DNA from: Amoebidium appalachense
Taxonomy: Eukaryota > Protista > Ichthyosporea
Reading direction: 5' to 3'
DNA length: 64,000 nt
Assembly: GCA_963693365.1 (NCBI GenBank)
Contig: CAVNZM010000016.1
Location: 5,262,543-5,326,542, forward strand
Positions 35,955 to 47,410 of the stretch are shown piece after piece. Positions within the stretch are counted from its first letter, which is position 1; every line of letters begins with the position of its first letter. Below the pieces are notes generated by a model. It did no database searches. It was not told where the DNA came from and saw only the letters and a list, made by a program, of their open reading frames with translations. Position numbers and translations under genes: made by a program.

Positions 35955-36470
35955 TCACAATGTCGGGCACACACAGTCGGTCGCGGTGACGGACATGAGT
36001 CGGGCCGGGCAGAGGCTTTGCGAGGATGTCAGCCAGGTTGTGAGCTGACTCAACGTACTACGGATAACAATGTCCCCACTGGCAATGTAATCCTTGGTGT
36101 TGTGGTACCGTACAGCAATGTGTTTGGTACGGTGTTTGATGCCGGTGGAATTGACGATGGCAATTGTAGCCTGGTTGTCACAATGCACCGGGGTGGGGGA
36201 AAGCATGGGACAGCCGAGCTCCTTGAAGAGGTCACGGACCCAAACAACCTCCTGGGTGCCAGCATTGAGAGCTATAAGCTCGGCCTCGGTGGTGCTGGTG
36301 GCCGTGATGGGCTGGAGCTTGGAGTACCAGACGATGGGCATTCCGGCAAACTCGATGACGTAAGCGGTGGTAGACTTCTTGCTGTCAGCACAACCAGCAA
36401 AGTCAGCACCCGTGTAGCACTCGAGGATGGGGGCCTTGGTGGCAGAGTACTTGTAGTCAATGCCGACTGA
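35955..36470 (-). mobile_element. Ty1/copia RNase H remnant
   Basis: ECYTGADFAGCADSKKSTTAY...IVWYSKLQPITATSTTEAE...HCDNQATI...RTKHIAVRYH: standard copia RNase H motifs; frameshifted near the end. Confidence 0.9.
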
Positions 36471-36479
36471 CAGAGCCTC

Positions 36480-37270
36480 TGAGGTTGCTTCGTTTGGCGG
36501 TTGTGGTGTTTGTTGACAGCGATTTTAGTATGCGCGCGCTTTGTTTGCCGGCTTGCAGAAGTGGGTTGTTGAGAAGTTCACCCGCAAGTTATTCGCGCCA
36601 CTGCTCGTTTGAAAGTGCATTCTTGTCCCCGTCTGCAAAGAAATGCTTGTAGGACAGGTAGGTGTTTACAGACACCATACCAACTAACCCAGCAAAGGTG
36701 CAGTGCGCATGCCACGGCGTGTGGGGGACCCATGCCTGCTCGAGTGAACTGTTCCCTTGCCGGAGTTTGTTGTGTACGTCTGCACTGTTGAAATATGTGA
36801 AGTATTTGCGCACTGCTTTTGGCATGGCCACTTGTGTTCCGTTTTTTGTGATACGGGGAGCTCCTGCTTCCGTACTTCCTGCCGTCGTTACTACACGCAT
36901 GCTGAAATCCTTATCCTGCCAACGTATGGGGGGGGATGGGAGAGGGAGAGGGCGAGCCCCCCGCCCCCCTCCCCCCCCCTCCCCCCCCCCTCCCCCCTCC
37001 CCCCAATAAAAAGGATATATATGCCTTCGCACATCCCACAACTAGCTGAATCTCGATCCGTGGTACTTCTTCTACTTTCCCGTCGTAGTCTATGTGTACC
37101 AACCATTTATTGTTCTTTAATACTTGCACAGTTGTGCCTGTGAGCTGTTTCGTTTCCCATTCTTCGCCAAACTGCTCTTTACTCCAACGTTCATCATCGT
37201 TCCTGACTTTGCCATCAAAGATGCGGGCAAAAACCCAAACTCTCTGGTCTTTCCTTAAACGCCTAACCAT
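36480..37270 (-). mobile_element. piggyBac-like transposase remnant, probably internally deleted
   Basis: MPKAVRKYFTYFNSADVHNKLRQG...W...FAGLVGMVSVNTYLSYK...WRE*LAGELLNNP resembles the C-terminal part of the piggyBac DDE core. The upstream ORF 37270-37040 is possibly its N-terminus. No TIR or TTAA identified. Confidence 0.6.
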
Positions 37271-38330
37271 TTTCTTTTCTTTTCACCTATTTCTACCCTA
37301 ATTCTACCTTGTTCTTTTTGTTTTCTAGCGCGCAAACTATCATGCGGTGTCTTTTAGTTCTGAAACCAAACGGTGTCTGTGATCGGACAGTCGAACACCC
37401 CAAAACTGGGGGGAAACGGTTGCACCCATGATCTTTTGCGCGCCAAAAGCTACTCACCCTGCAGTCCTATTGGTTTCCTATGAAGACAAAAAAGGCAGGA
37501 AAATACTAGACCTCATTGGCCATACCCAGCTTGTGGGGTGATTCCTAGCGAAAACAACGCTAGCGATGCCGCCGAAAAAAATAGGACACTTTTGTTCTTT
37601 CTAGCCATTAATTAGGACCGACTGAGCGGCTGTTGCTGTTTTATACCTTCGGATCTCCCACAAATTGTGTGACAACAATTGTTGGGGATCTCAGCCAACC
37701 GTTACTCACTTACCCGAGCCTGATCTGGACAGCTAAATTGCTAGTCCAATCACGGAGCCCGTCTACCTCAATCTCTTGATGTACCTCCGATGCACAATAT
37801 AGTGACGTGTGCAGTCACCTGTCGGCGGGTGACACACGTGATACCGCCGCACGCAGATCATTGAACTGCGCGTGCCAAAACATGATATGACGGTGCGTCC
37901 GCCGTGTGGACGCGAGTGTCACATGTCAAGAGTGACAATTGGTGATCTACACATGATAATCACACGTGTTTTCATAATATAGCATGATCATGCACCTGCG
38001 GACACATGTCCTGGTGCTATGATCGTTTATTTTGGAGCAGTTCCATAAACCCCCCCCCAACCCCCCCCTCCCCCCCCCCCCCCTCCCTCCCTCCCCGCGC
38101 CTACAGTGCTAGGCTGCCATGATGCAGACACATGTCCTTCCTGCTACCGACTGTTGTTTTATTACCTTTTAGTTTTTTTTTAATTATGGTTGTCACTATA
38201 TATTTTAATATATATGTGTAAATGATATGATTTGTGTGGGGGGGGGGAGGGGGAGGAGGGGGGGGGGGGGTCAGGGGGTATCGCAGGAAGAAAGAGAGGA
38301 TGAGTAGAAATAGAGGGTTGGGGAACCCAT

Positions 38331-39050
38331 TGTCGTATCCTAATGTATGTGTACTAGAGACGCGGCACTCTACTAAGTGTACACACACGAAAAGGAACGA
38401 ACGTGTACGGAAAAACGGTAAAGTTTATTCAGACCAGGCTCCGACGGGCAAACTTAGATCCGTACGGAATGAGTCTAAGTTACAACTGAGGCCATCAAGG
38501 CCGTGCCCTCAAAGATCATCATCACCTGGCCCCCTACGATGCCACATTCCAAACATTCCGATCTACTTTTATCGTGCGCCTGCACGAGCTAAGTCGATCT
38601 ACTCAACTAATATATTTATCCATGTCTCACCCCTCACCCTCCCCCTAGTGGCACCGCAGAGTCTAAATCTACATTTCATACTATCCTCCCCCCCCCCCTC
38701 CCTCCCCCCTTTCCTCTACATCTAAATATATAAATACGTTTGGCAACATACACTATCAAACCTTGCCAATACTTACAAAAGGGCTTCTGCCCGAACAATC
38801 ACATTCCTAAGTCCTCCTACGATCTATCCTACACACTAATTAGAATTCTATTGGACGGCTGTCCCGGCTGACGTGGTCCAATGCCCTGCGCCGGCAGAGG
38901 CAAGATGCACGCAGCTGTACAGCTATCTTGAGGCCCCGGACTTGATCTTGATGATCTGTGGACCCGGGCCACCCCCCCCCCCCCCCCCCCCCCCCCCCGA
39001 TCTCGATCGTAGACTTAGGCTAATCTGCTGAGACGGATTAGTATATGTCA
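38331..39050 (-). repeat. 3' LTR
   Basis: Direct repeat of 45977-46695. Confidence 0.95.
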
Positions 39051-39232
39051 ACTCCCCCCCGGCCCCCGGAAAAGCTGAGTCCCACCTCAGTCACATTACA
39101 TCTAACACCCCCTAAAAAGACATAGACTAATCAGTCTCCTAAAAAAAATTAAATTAAATAAATTACGAAGAAAAATAATAAATTAATCTACACCATAAGC
39201 TTGATACCTACGGAGACACCTATGATAATAAA

Positions 39233-41044
39233 TTAAATTCCTACGACTACGTTCACACTCCTCCTCGGTCTCCCTCCCCCTCCCTCCCCCTCCCCCCGTG
39301 TGTCTACGTGTATTTGCATCACTCCCCCCCCGGCCCCCTCCCCCACCGACTTTTTCACACCACGATTAAACTGAGGAATAACTCTCTTTGGCCGAGAGGG
39401 AGCACTAGGCAACTCCCTCTGCACTAATCTAGCCTCATAAGCACGAATAGAAAACGGGCAATCCAAATGAAACTCAGGCAACCACTGATCTTCCTGATAA
39501 CCTCCCTCAAAACGAATTAAATAATAATTTACCTTACCTTCCTTACCTTCGATAACCTTTTTATCCATAATTTTATCTACTGCAGCCTCCGATACATCCA
39601 CCGACCCGTCATAGTCGGGGGTGAATGCATCTAACACTCGACGGCCCTCCGGCCGTTTAACCCTAAGGGCCCTATCATAATATTCCTTTATATCATCTAC
39701 ATTATAAAATCTAACATCACTCTCATTATCTAACCTCTGCACCTTATATTCCGTCGGACCTAACCTAGCCACTATTTTATACGGACCGATAAAAAGAGGC
39801 AACCATTTCTTACCATACTTACGAAGACCTTCACCTTCACCCTTACCTTCCTGCTCCTGCTTATATCTCTTTTTCCTAGTATGATCCCTAATTAAAACTA
39901 AAGTACCCTCGGCAAATTCACGTAACGGACGTGTGGACACGTCTGCACGTGCCTGTGCCTGCTGTGTACGGGCCAGAGCTGCATCACGTGCAGCCCGGGC
40001 CCGGGTTAGTAGCTGCTCCCGGAACTCAGTCCAGTGGGGATAAGTTAGTCGGTCAGCCCCCCCCATCGGCAAAAGTGCCGTATCTAACAAACTAATAGCC
40101 TCCTGCCCATAGACCAAATAAAACGGAGAAAAACCAGTCACAGCATGAGGGGTAGAATTATATGAATGAGCAATAAACCTAGACATATGATCCCAATCAT
40201 TAGCCTCCACATCCACCATTTTGCCAAAGGACTTCTGAAACACTGCATGCACACGTTCAGAGATGGCATTTGCTTGAGGGTGATATGCAGACGTAGTGAT
40301 ATGAGCTACCCTTAAAATTTTACACACCTCCGACACCAACTGATTTAAAAACACACGACTCCTATCCGTTAACAAAACACGAGGACAACCAAACCTAAGA
40401 CAAATTTCATCCACAAAAATACGAGCAAACAAAACGGCATTAGCAGTGGGGAGAGGAAAAACTTCAACCCAACGAGTGGCCACATCGGTGACGGTAACAA
40501 GAACAGTGTTACCCTCAACCGTAGAATTAAAAGGACCGACCACATCCACTGCTACCCTTTCAAACATACGAACATTAAAATCCCTAATAAACGACGGGCG
40601 GGAACGAGAGTGGGGACTCTCATTCCTTTCCTGACAATGCATGCATGACAACACATAATCCCTCACCTCCCTACTCATACCCGGCCAAAAATACGAACGA
40701 TTAACACGAAGCAACGTCCTATTTACACCTAAATGACCAGCCATGGGATGCTCATGCACCATATGCAAAACCTCAGGCACAAGTGCCGTCGGGACCCAAA
40801 CTCGGTGTCCGTCTGGCCCAGAACAATGATAAACTAAATCCTGCTCTACCTGACACATTTTTGCTAACTTAGCTACCTTAATCATCTGCCTTTTATTTTT
40901 AAATTTAATCGAATCAACCGGCCCCTTTAAATAATTCTTAACCAGACCAATCAACACATCTTCCTCCTGAGCTAAGATCAAAGCCGTAGGTGCTAAGGCA
41001 GGGGCCGAGCCATGAGACTCGGTCCCGACCTCAGACACTGACAA
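39233..41044 (-). CDS. Integrase with HHCC finger, DDE core, GPY/F motif and C-terminal chromodomain
   Basis: HEHPMAGH...CMHC, VAVDVVGP, LLTDRS, YHPQANAISE, FIGPYKI, VDKIMDKK...YYLIRFEGGYQEDQWLPEFHL. Confidence 0.95.
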   Translation of the reverse strand: MSVSEVGTESHGSAPALAPTALILAQEEDVLIGLVKNYLKGPVDSIKFKNKRQMIKVAKLAKMCQVEQDLVYHCSGPDGHRVWVPTALVPEVLHMVHEHPMAGHLGVNRTLLRVNRSYFWPGMSREVRDYVLSCMHCQERNESPHSRSRPSFIRDFNVRMFERVAVDVVGPFNSTVEGNTVLVTVTDVATRWVEVFPLPTANAVLFARIFVDEICLRFGCPRVLLTDRSRVFLNQLVSEVCKILRVAHITTSAYHPQANAISERVHAVFQKSFGKMVDVEANDWDHMSRFIAHSYNSTPHAVTGFSPFYLVYGQEAISLLDTALLPMGGADRLTYPHWTEFREQLLTRARAARDAALARTQQAQARADVSTRPLREFAEGTLVLIRDHTRKKRYKQEQEGKGEGEGLRKYGKKWLPLFIGPYKIVARLGPTEYKVQRLDNESDVRFYNVDDIKEYYDRALRVKRPEGRRVLDAFTPDYDGSVDVSEAAVDKIMDKKVIEGKEGKVNYYLIRFEGGYQEDQWLPEFHLDCPFSIRAYEARLVQRELPSAPSRPKRVIPQFNRGVKKSVGEGAGGGVMQIHVDTRGEGEGGGGRPRRSVNVVVGI

Positions 41045-41123
41045 ATACCTCCCCCCCCCCCTCTCCTACACTTATAAGCAAGCAACCCCGGAACCCAAGA
41101 AGACACATCCACAGACACAGCAT

Positions 41124-42718
41124 CTATTCCTTTCTGCTCACTCTCCCCCCCCTTCCCCCCCCTCCCCCCCCCCCGTCTCTCACTATCCCCCCCTCCCCCT
41201 CCTTCTCTTCTTCAAACAAAATATAAGCAGCACGAGAGAGAGCATCACAGTCAACCATTGTTTCACCCTTGGCATAAAACAATTTATAGGAGAACTCACC
41301 GAGAGCCGCGGCCCACTTCTGCATCCTCTCGTTGACCAGACGAGTGGTGCCGGCCATGGCTAGGCAGGGCTTGTGGTCGGTGTAGACCTCAAACGTCCTG
41401 CCTGCGAGTATATACCTCCATGCCTGTGAGACTGCCCAAAAGATAGCATGGGACTCTCTCTCCGGATTGCTATATCTACGTTCACTTTTACTAAATGAAC
41501 GACTAGCATAAGCAATCACTCTATCCTGCCCCTCCTGCACTTGATATAACACGGCCCCCTCAGCAACCTTACTTGCATCACACCGAACTTTAAACATCCC
41601 CCCCCCGGCCGAAAAATCAGGATGAACAAGCATACTCGAAGACTGCAAAGCTAACTTAAGCTTTTCGAAAGCAGAAACAGCATCAACATTCCAATCTATT
41701 CTATTCTTCTTCTCCCCCCCCCCGTCTGACTAGTTAACGGCAAAGCAAGCATACTATAATCCTTAATATAACGACGAAGATAATTAGTTAAACCTAAAAA
41801 TTGCCTTAGTTGAGTGACAGTCTGAGGACGGGGCCACTCAACTATGGCCCGGATTTTCTCCGGATCAGGGGAAAGACCATTACTAGACACAATATGACCT
41901 AAAAACTTAACCTCCGGCACACCAATCACAGTCTTGCTACCGCTAATACGAAGACCAGACTCACCCAAAGCTAAAAATACTTTTTCACAATTATTAACTA
42001 ACTCCTCAAATGACCTACCTTTAATTAAAACATCATCCAAATAAGGGTGGCATACATCCAAATGAGGGTGGAGAATTTTATACATTACCCGGCACAACAT
42101 AGCTGGAGAGGAGAGCAAACCCATCGGCACCACCTTGTACTGGAACAGCTGGTCACCCAGTGCAAAGGCAGTCTTCTCCTTGCTGCTCTCCTCCAACCTT
42201 ATCTGCCAAAAAGCTGCTTTTAAATCAAGTTTAGCAAAGTGAGTATAGCCGTGCAGCTGTGAAAGCTGCTCGTCTATGTTAGGGAGAGGCCATTGGTCTG
42301 CCTTAGTGATCCGATTCAGAGCCCTGTAATCGTTCACTAGACGCCAAGACCCGTCGGGCTTCTTAACCAATAGCACCGGACTTCTCCACGGACTCGAACT
42401 ATGCTCCACATGACCCTTTTTTAACATATCACTCACTATTATTAGCGCATCCGACAATTTATACTGCTCCATTCTATAGCTAGGCATCACTACCGGCCTA
42501 TTATCACCTGTGTCGATCTGCATTTCAAACCCTTTAACGAAGCCTACTTCGTTATCATCGGCCAGAAATGCAAACCGAGTCCTATCAAATAACTTAGCTA
42601 GCAATTTTTTCTGTTCTACCGTCCAATCCCCCTCCTTCATACCAAACGGCAATACTAACTCCGGGTTACCCCCATCACAAGTGGATGCATCCTTATTCAC
42701 CGGAGTGCCACTTAACAT
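41124..42718 (-). CDS. Reverse transcriptase and RNase H; apparent frameshift at the poly-C run ~41714-41722
   Basis: SPVLLVKKPDGSWRLVNDYRALN, LDLKAAFWQI, PMGL, YLDD, FLGH; RNase H CDAS, YASR, VYTDHK, DALSR. Confidence 0.95.
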
Positions 42719-42955
42719 TTCACCTCCTGTATTACATCGGTGCTGCTCGGGGTGAGGTTGAGGTACCTCCGGATATAGGCGGTCACCCTTAGCACCCCCC
42801 CTCCCCCCGGCACACCAATGCCCCCGGGCAATTCCTGATGAGTTAGTGCATGTATGTGGGGGGCCAGGTCTGTGGCCACCCTGCCCCCCACGGTGTTGGT
42901 TAACCCGTCAGATCCACGGGTTAGACCAACACCCTCCCCCCCTGCCTGCACATTC

Positions 42956-44482
42956 TCACACCCGGGGTGACCCTCCTTCCTCTTGGGGGTCGGGGGAGTG
43001 GGACCGGTGCTGTCCCGGTCCCCCCCCCCCATCGTGTCGGGTGACATTTTGGTGGCTAACGTTAAATAAAGTTGTTCCCCCTCCTCCTGAGTCACCCTTC
43101 GAGCCGGCATCCTCCTTTTGGGTAATAAGAGAGACCTCTATACTACCAATCTCATTAGTGAAACTACCGACGGAAACACCTGACCTAATCACTATAGGCT
43201 CGATGCCCGGATTCACTAATTCTATTTCTATTGTCTTATCCGGCCATACCCTACTAAGGGTCCATTGGGCCACCTCCTGAAATGGGGTTTTCGGAGTAAA
43301 AACCCCTAAATCCCCTATCCTAACATGATTGCCGGCCCGGACACGTACCGTTTGGCACTGATAAGGCTCGATTACTACTTCAGCTACCGTTCTAGCACCA
43401 GACTGATAACCGTCGAGCCCATCATGGGTTTTAATTTTAACGCCGGACTGCAATTCTAAAACATTCGTACGTTCAAACAAAGCATTCACATGTCTACGGA
43501 AAAATGGGGCTCCCAACAAAACACTTTGAGCTAAATCCTTAACCACATAACAAGCAATATGCATAGCCTGGCCACCTATCTCACACGGCAACACACAAAC
43601 ACCTTCCACAGACATACTACTATTATTAGCACTACCTAAGGCTGTGCTAGAAGCATCTAAAATAGGAATTTCCCCCCCGGCCTGATTAAAACGACGAATA
43701 AACGAAGCATGCACACAATTAACCTGAGCCCCTCCATCGAGCAAAGCAACAGCCTTCAACTTACCATCAGCTAACCATACGTCTATATAATGCCGGCTAA
43801 AACCAACTAAATCCTCCTCCAATTCAAGCAACACATCATCACTCACACCCAATCCCTGCCCACGAAGACTCACACCCTCGATACCTACGTGCAACATACC
43901 TACCTGTGGTGCCTGCACGGGTGGGGTGGGGTGTGTATGTGATGTGGGTGGTGGTGGAGTGTGTGTGTGTGGTGTGTGGGTGGGTGGTGTGTGTGTGTTT
44001 GGTGTATGTGTGGGTGTGTGTGTGGGTGTAGGTGTGTCTGCAACCGTCGTATGTTGTTGTGGTGGTGTGTTTCTACGTGTCTGTGCCTTCCCCCCCCTTC
44101 CCCCTTTACTCGTGTGTGTCCCCCCCCCTCCCGGAAACAATGGCACAGAAACCCCCTCCGGTGTGGTTAGAATAAACACCGGGTTGGGACAAGAAACACT
44201 GAGACCATCCACTTGTGGCTGGGGAACCTCCCCCAACCACAAAACATTCACACCATTCATACCTTTGGTAGAGTCACCCCACAAACATTCATGCCATACC
44301 ACCTCGACGCTGTCTTGAGGACCCACGACGATGCCCGGCTCCCACACGTATCGGGGCGGTGAGGGGGCAAAGGGAAGCTTAACCTGGGGTGGGGGAGGGT
44401 GAAGGTTCTCTGCAACCTGGGGGGGACCGATACTGTCCCCCCCCCCTCCCTCAGTGACCCCAGCTTCCCCCTCCCCCGGAAC
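42956..44482 (-). CDS. Aspartic protease region followed by a dUTPase-like segment; in frame with gag after one UGA
   Basis: ALLDGGAQVN and VLLGAPFF (retropepsin motifs); frame is open from 44482 to the stop at 42956. Confidence 0.8.
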   Translation of the reverse strand, partial: VPGEGEAGVTEGGGGDSIGPPQVAENLHPPPPQVKLPFAPSPPRYVWEPGIVVGPQDSVEVVWHECLWGDSTKGMNGVNVLWLGEVPQPQVDGLSVSCPNPVFILTTPEGVSVPLFPGGGGTHTSKGGRGGKAQTRRNTPPQQHTTVADTPTPTHTPTHTPNTHTPPTHTPHTHTPPPPTSHTHPTPPVQAPQVGMLHVGIEGVSLRGQGLGVSDDVLLELEEDLVGFSRHYIDVWLADGKLKAVALLDGGAQVNCVHASFIRRFNQAGGEIPILDASSTALGSANNSSMSVEGVCVLPCEIGGQAMHIACYVVKDLAQSVLLGAPFFRRHVNALFERTNVLELQSGVKIKTHDGLDGYQSGARTVAEVVIEPYQCQTVRVRAGNHVRIGDLGVFTPKTPFQEVAQWTLSRVWPDKTIEIELVNPGIEPIVIRSGVSVGSFTNEIGSIEVSLITQKEDAGSKGDSGGGGTTLFNVSHQNVTRHDGGGGPGQHRSHSPDPQEEGGSPRV

Positions 44483-45817
44483 TCAATAGCTCTTGTAACT
44501 ACGGCAATATGCAGCAGAGTGCCCTTGCCGGCCACAAAAGTAACATGCACCAAAGAAGGGGCCAGGGGGGACTTCAAAACCTTGGCGCAAAGCATAACCG
44601 GGAGCCCGGTCATGCTGGGGGGGCCCACCGTGTGCACCACGGCCCCCCCTTCCCCCCTGCCCCCCTCGGCCTCTCTCACCACCATTTCCACCCCTCCCTC
44701 TACCCTGCCCACCACCACGAGCAAGATAAGGGGCAAACCTCTCGGTGAACTGCTGCTGTTGTCCTCCACGTCCACCTCGGCCACGACCGCCGTGTCCACC
44801 CCGGTCGCCGCCACGGCCACCCCGGAAGCCGAAGCCCCCTCGGCCAGAAAAGACGGCCTGGGAGAGCTCGGCAACCTGCTTGACCAACATGGTGAGTGCA
44901 TCTGGCTGTTCACCCTCTTTTTTCTCTTTTTCCCCCTTCTGTCCACTCTCCTTCTTTTTCTTGTCTACTTCCATCACCTCCTTTTTATCCCTCTTATTGA
45001 ACTTCACCTCGTGCATGGCAAGCAAGTGACGTTTAACATGCAACACCACCTCATCTACATCATCATGCTCCCCAAACATGCGTGCAGTGTCTGTGTTTAC
45101 AGAGAGAGCCTTACGAGCAAACTCGAATTTTTCCCTATCACTCACGTCACCAGCTAACTCACAAAGGTCTTCAAAGACCCGATATTCCCTCTCAAAGAAT
45201 GCACGAGCTTCTACGGGGGACATATCTAAAGTGGGAAAGGTATACTTCCATTCTCTGAGCTGGGCCCGGAAGGTACGGCGCCGGTCGGCCGTCAGGTATC
45301 GGCCGACGAGCCGGGCCGTATACTCGAGCTCGTTTTCCGGCCGTGTGAAGGCCTCGAGCTCCCCGTCCACGTCGTCGGTGCTGTTCTCGTCCTCGTCGTC
45401 GGGGATGAACCGTGCGGCCAGACGTTTCTGGCCGAGCGTCCGGGACACCATCTCGTCCCTCCCCTCGTCGTACTGCTGCTCGTATATACGAGCCGTCACC
45501 TGGGGGGCCTGCTCGGCCCGGTACGGGTGCTCCTCCATCAGGGTGCATAAGTCGGCCATTGTTTTGTGGTCGATGCACTGTTTGATCATTAAGCACGAGG
45601 CCGCCACAGTGGGGGCCTTCTTTGTGTCTAACACTAGTGTGGGTGTGTTAGCTAGGAGTGTCCTAAGCCACCTAGGTATTTCCGAGTCGTGTTTGAGTGT
45701 AAAACTGAAAGCTGTGGTCTGTCTAACGTCTAGTGTATGAACCTGTGGTACCTGTGTGTGCAGGGAGCTATCCTCCGCTGCCAATGCGTAGAACATGTCT
45801 ACGTTAAACTTAGCCAT
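44483..45817 (-). CDS. gag: Gag with RGG-rich region and CCHC zinc knuckle
   Basis: Long ORF at the gag position; CYFCGRQGHSAAYC near the C-terminus. Confidence 0.9.
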   Translation of the reverse strand: MAKFNVDMFYALAAEDSSLHTQVPQVHTLDVRQTTAFSFTLKHDSEIPRWLRTLLANTPTLVLDTKKAPTVAASCLMIKQCIDHKTMADLCTLMEEHPYRAEQAPQVTARIYEQQYDEGRDEMVSRTLGQKRLAARFIPDDEDENSTDDVDGELEAFTRPENELEYTARLVGRYLTADRRRTFRAQLREWKYTFPTLDMSPVEARAFFEREYRVFEDLCELAGDVSDREKFEFARKALSVNTDTARMFGEHDDVDEVVLHVKRHLLAMHEVKFNKRDKKEVMEVDKKKKESGQKGEKEKKEGEQPDALTMLVKQVAELSQAVFSGRGGFGFRGGRGGDRGGHGGRGRGGRGGQQQQFTERFAPYLARGGGQGRGRGGNGGERGRGGQGGRGGRGAHGGPPQHDRAPGYALRQGFEVPPGPFFGACYFCGRQGHSAAYCRSYKSY

Positions 45818-45855
45818 TGTGTGGTGTGTGCCCGAACTCGTGTGGTTGTGTTTAT

Positions 45856-45887
<32 letters not shown>

Positions 45888-45976
45888 CTGTGTGTTTGAG
45901 GTGTAGCAACAGCCCAGAAGGAACTGTCACCGCGTTACCCTAGCGCGAAAAACCGCACTAAAAGAAAGGTGTAGCT

Positions 45977-46695
45977 TGTCGTATCCTAATGTATGTGTAC
46001 TAGAGACGCGGCACTCTACTAAGTGTACACACACGAAAAGGAACGAACGTGTACGGAAAAACGGTAAAGTTTATTCAGACCAGGCTCCGACGGGCAAAAC
46101 TTAGATCCGTACGGAATGAGTCTAAGTTACGACTGAGGCCATCAAGGCCGTGCCCTCAAAGATCATCATCACCTGGCCCCCTACGATGCCACATTCCATT
46201 AACATTCCGATCTACTTTTATCGTGCGCCTGCACGAGCTAAGTCGATCTACTCAACTAATATATTTATCCATGTCTCACCCCTCACCCTCCCCCTAGTGG
46301 CACCGCAGAGTCTAAATCTACATTTCATACTATCCTCCCCCCCCCCTCCCTCCCCCCCTTTCCTCTACATCTAAATATATAAATACGTTTGGCAACATAC
46401 ACTATCAAACCTTGCCAATACTTACAAAAGGGCTTCTGCCCGAACAATCACATTCCTAAGTCCTCCTACGATCTATCCTACACACTAATTAGAATTCTAT
46501 TGGACGGCTGTCCCGGCTGACGTGGTCCAATGCCCTGCGCCGGCAGAGGCAAGATGCACGCAGCTGTACAGCTATCTTGAGGCCCCGGACTTGATCTTGA
46601 TGATCTGTGGACCCGGCCCCCCCCCCCCCCCCCCCCCCCCCCCGATCTCGATCGTAGACTTAGGCTAATCTGCTGAGACGGATTAGTATATGTCA
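45977..46695 (-). repeat. 5' LTR
   Basis: Direct repeat of 38331-39050. Confidence 0.95.
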
Positions 46696-47140
46696 CCCAT
46701 TGACGAAAAAGAAAGTGCCAACAATCATTCTTAAGAGAAGCAAACTGCAAAGGACAGGATCCCCCATGCGCCCGCGCAGAGGGAGCGAGGGGGCAGTCAC
46801 GAAGGATGAGGATTTGGTGTGTGTGTTTGAGAGAGTGTGTGTGTGTTGTGGGTGTCACGTGTGGGTGTGTGCAGATCTCTCTGCTCATGTGTGTGTGTGA
46901 GGAGGGGGAAACAGGGGGGGAAGGGGCAGGTCCTGGAGAAAGCGAAGGGGGCCAAGGGGTTGTGGAGAGAGGCAGGGAAAGTGCACCGTGAACTGGAAGC
47001 ATGGAGATTGTGCAAGCGCGGCAGTGGTTAAACAAAACAATAACTAAAAGGAGTGCTAAAAACACGTCCAAAAAAGTAATATCACTCACGATCGTCCATC
47101 ATGTGACTGTGTGACCAGCTGCACTTACGAGTTATCCCCT

Positions 47141-47173
<33 letters not shown>

Positions 47174-47240
47174 TGACCCCCCTCCTCCCCAAGGCCACCC
47201 ACCCACCCACCCACCCACCCATATCACACGCGCGCGCGCG

Positions 47241-47410
<170 letters not shown>

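Larger units (their letters stand above)
38331..46695 (-). mobile_element. Full-length chromodomain-bearing Ty3/gypsy LTR retrotransposon (chromovirus-like), recent insertion
   Basis: LTRs 46695-45977 and 39050-38331 (TG...CA, few differences); 5-bp target duplication CCCAT at 38326-38330 and 46696-46700; G-rich PPT next to the 3' LTR; order gag-PR-RT-RH-INT-chromo. Confidence 0.97.

Noticed and set aside
45078-45740. Antisense ORFs over gag (also 44399-45157) and over the copia remnant (35763-36470)
   Set aside because: Shadow ORFs of GC-rich coding sequence with no recognisable motifs.
46700-47089. Hydrophobic ORF next to the 5' LTR as the missing 5' part of the second MATE
   Set aside because: No MATE motifs; the ORF runs through intron-like repeats into the LTR.
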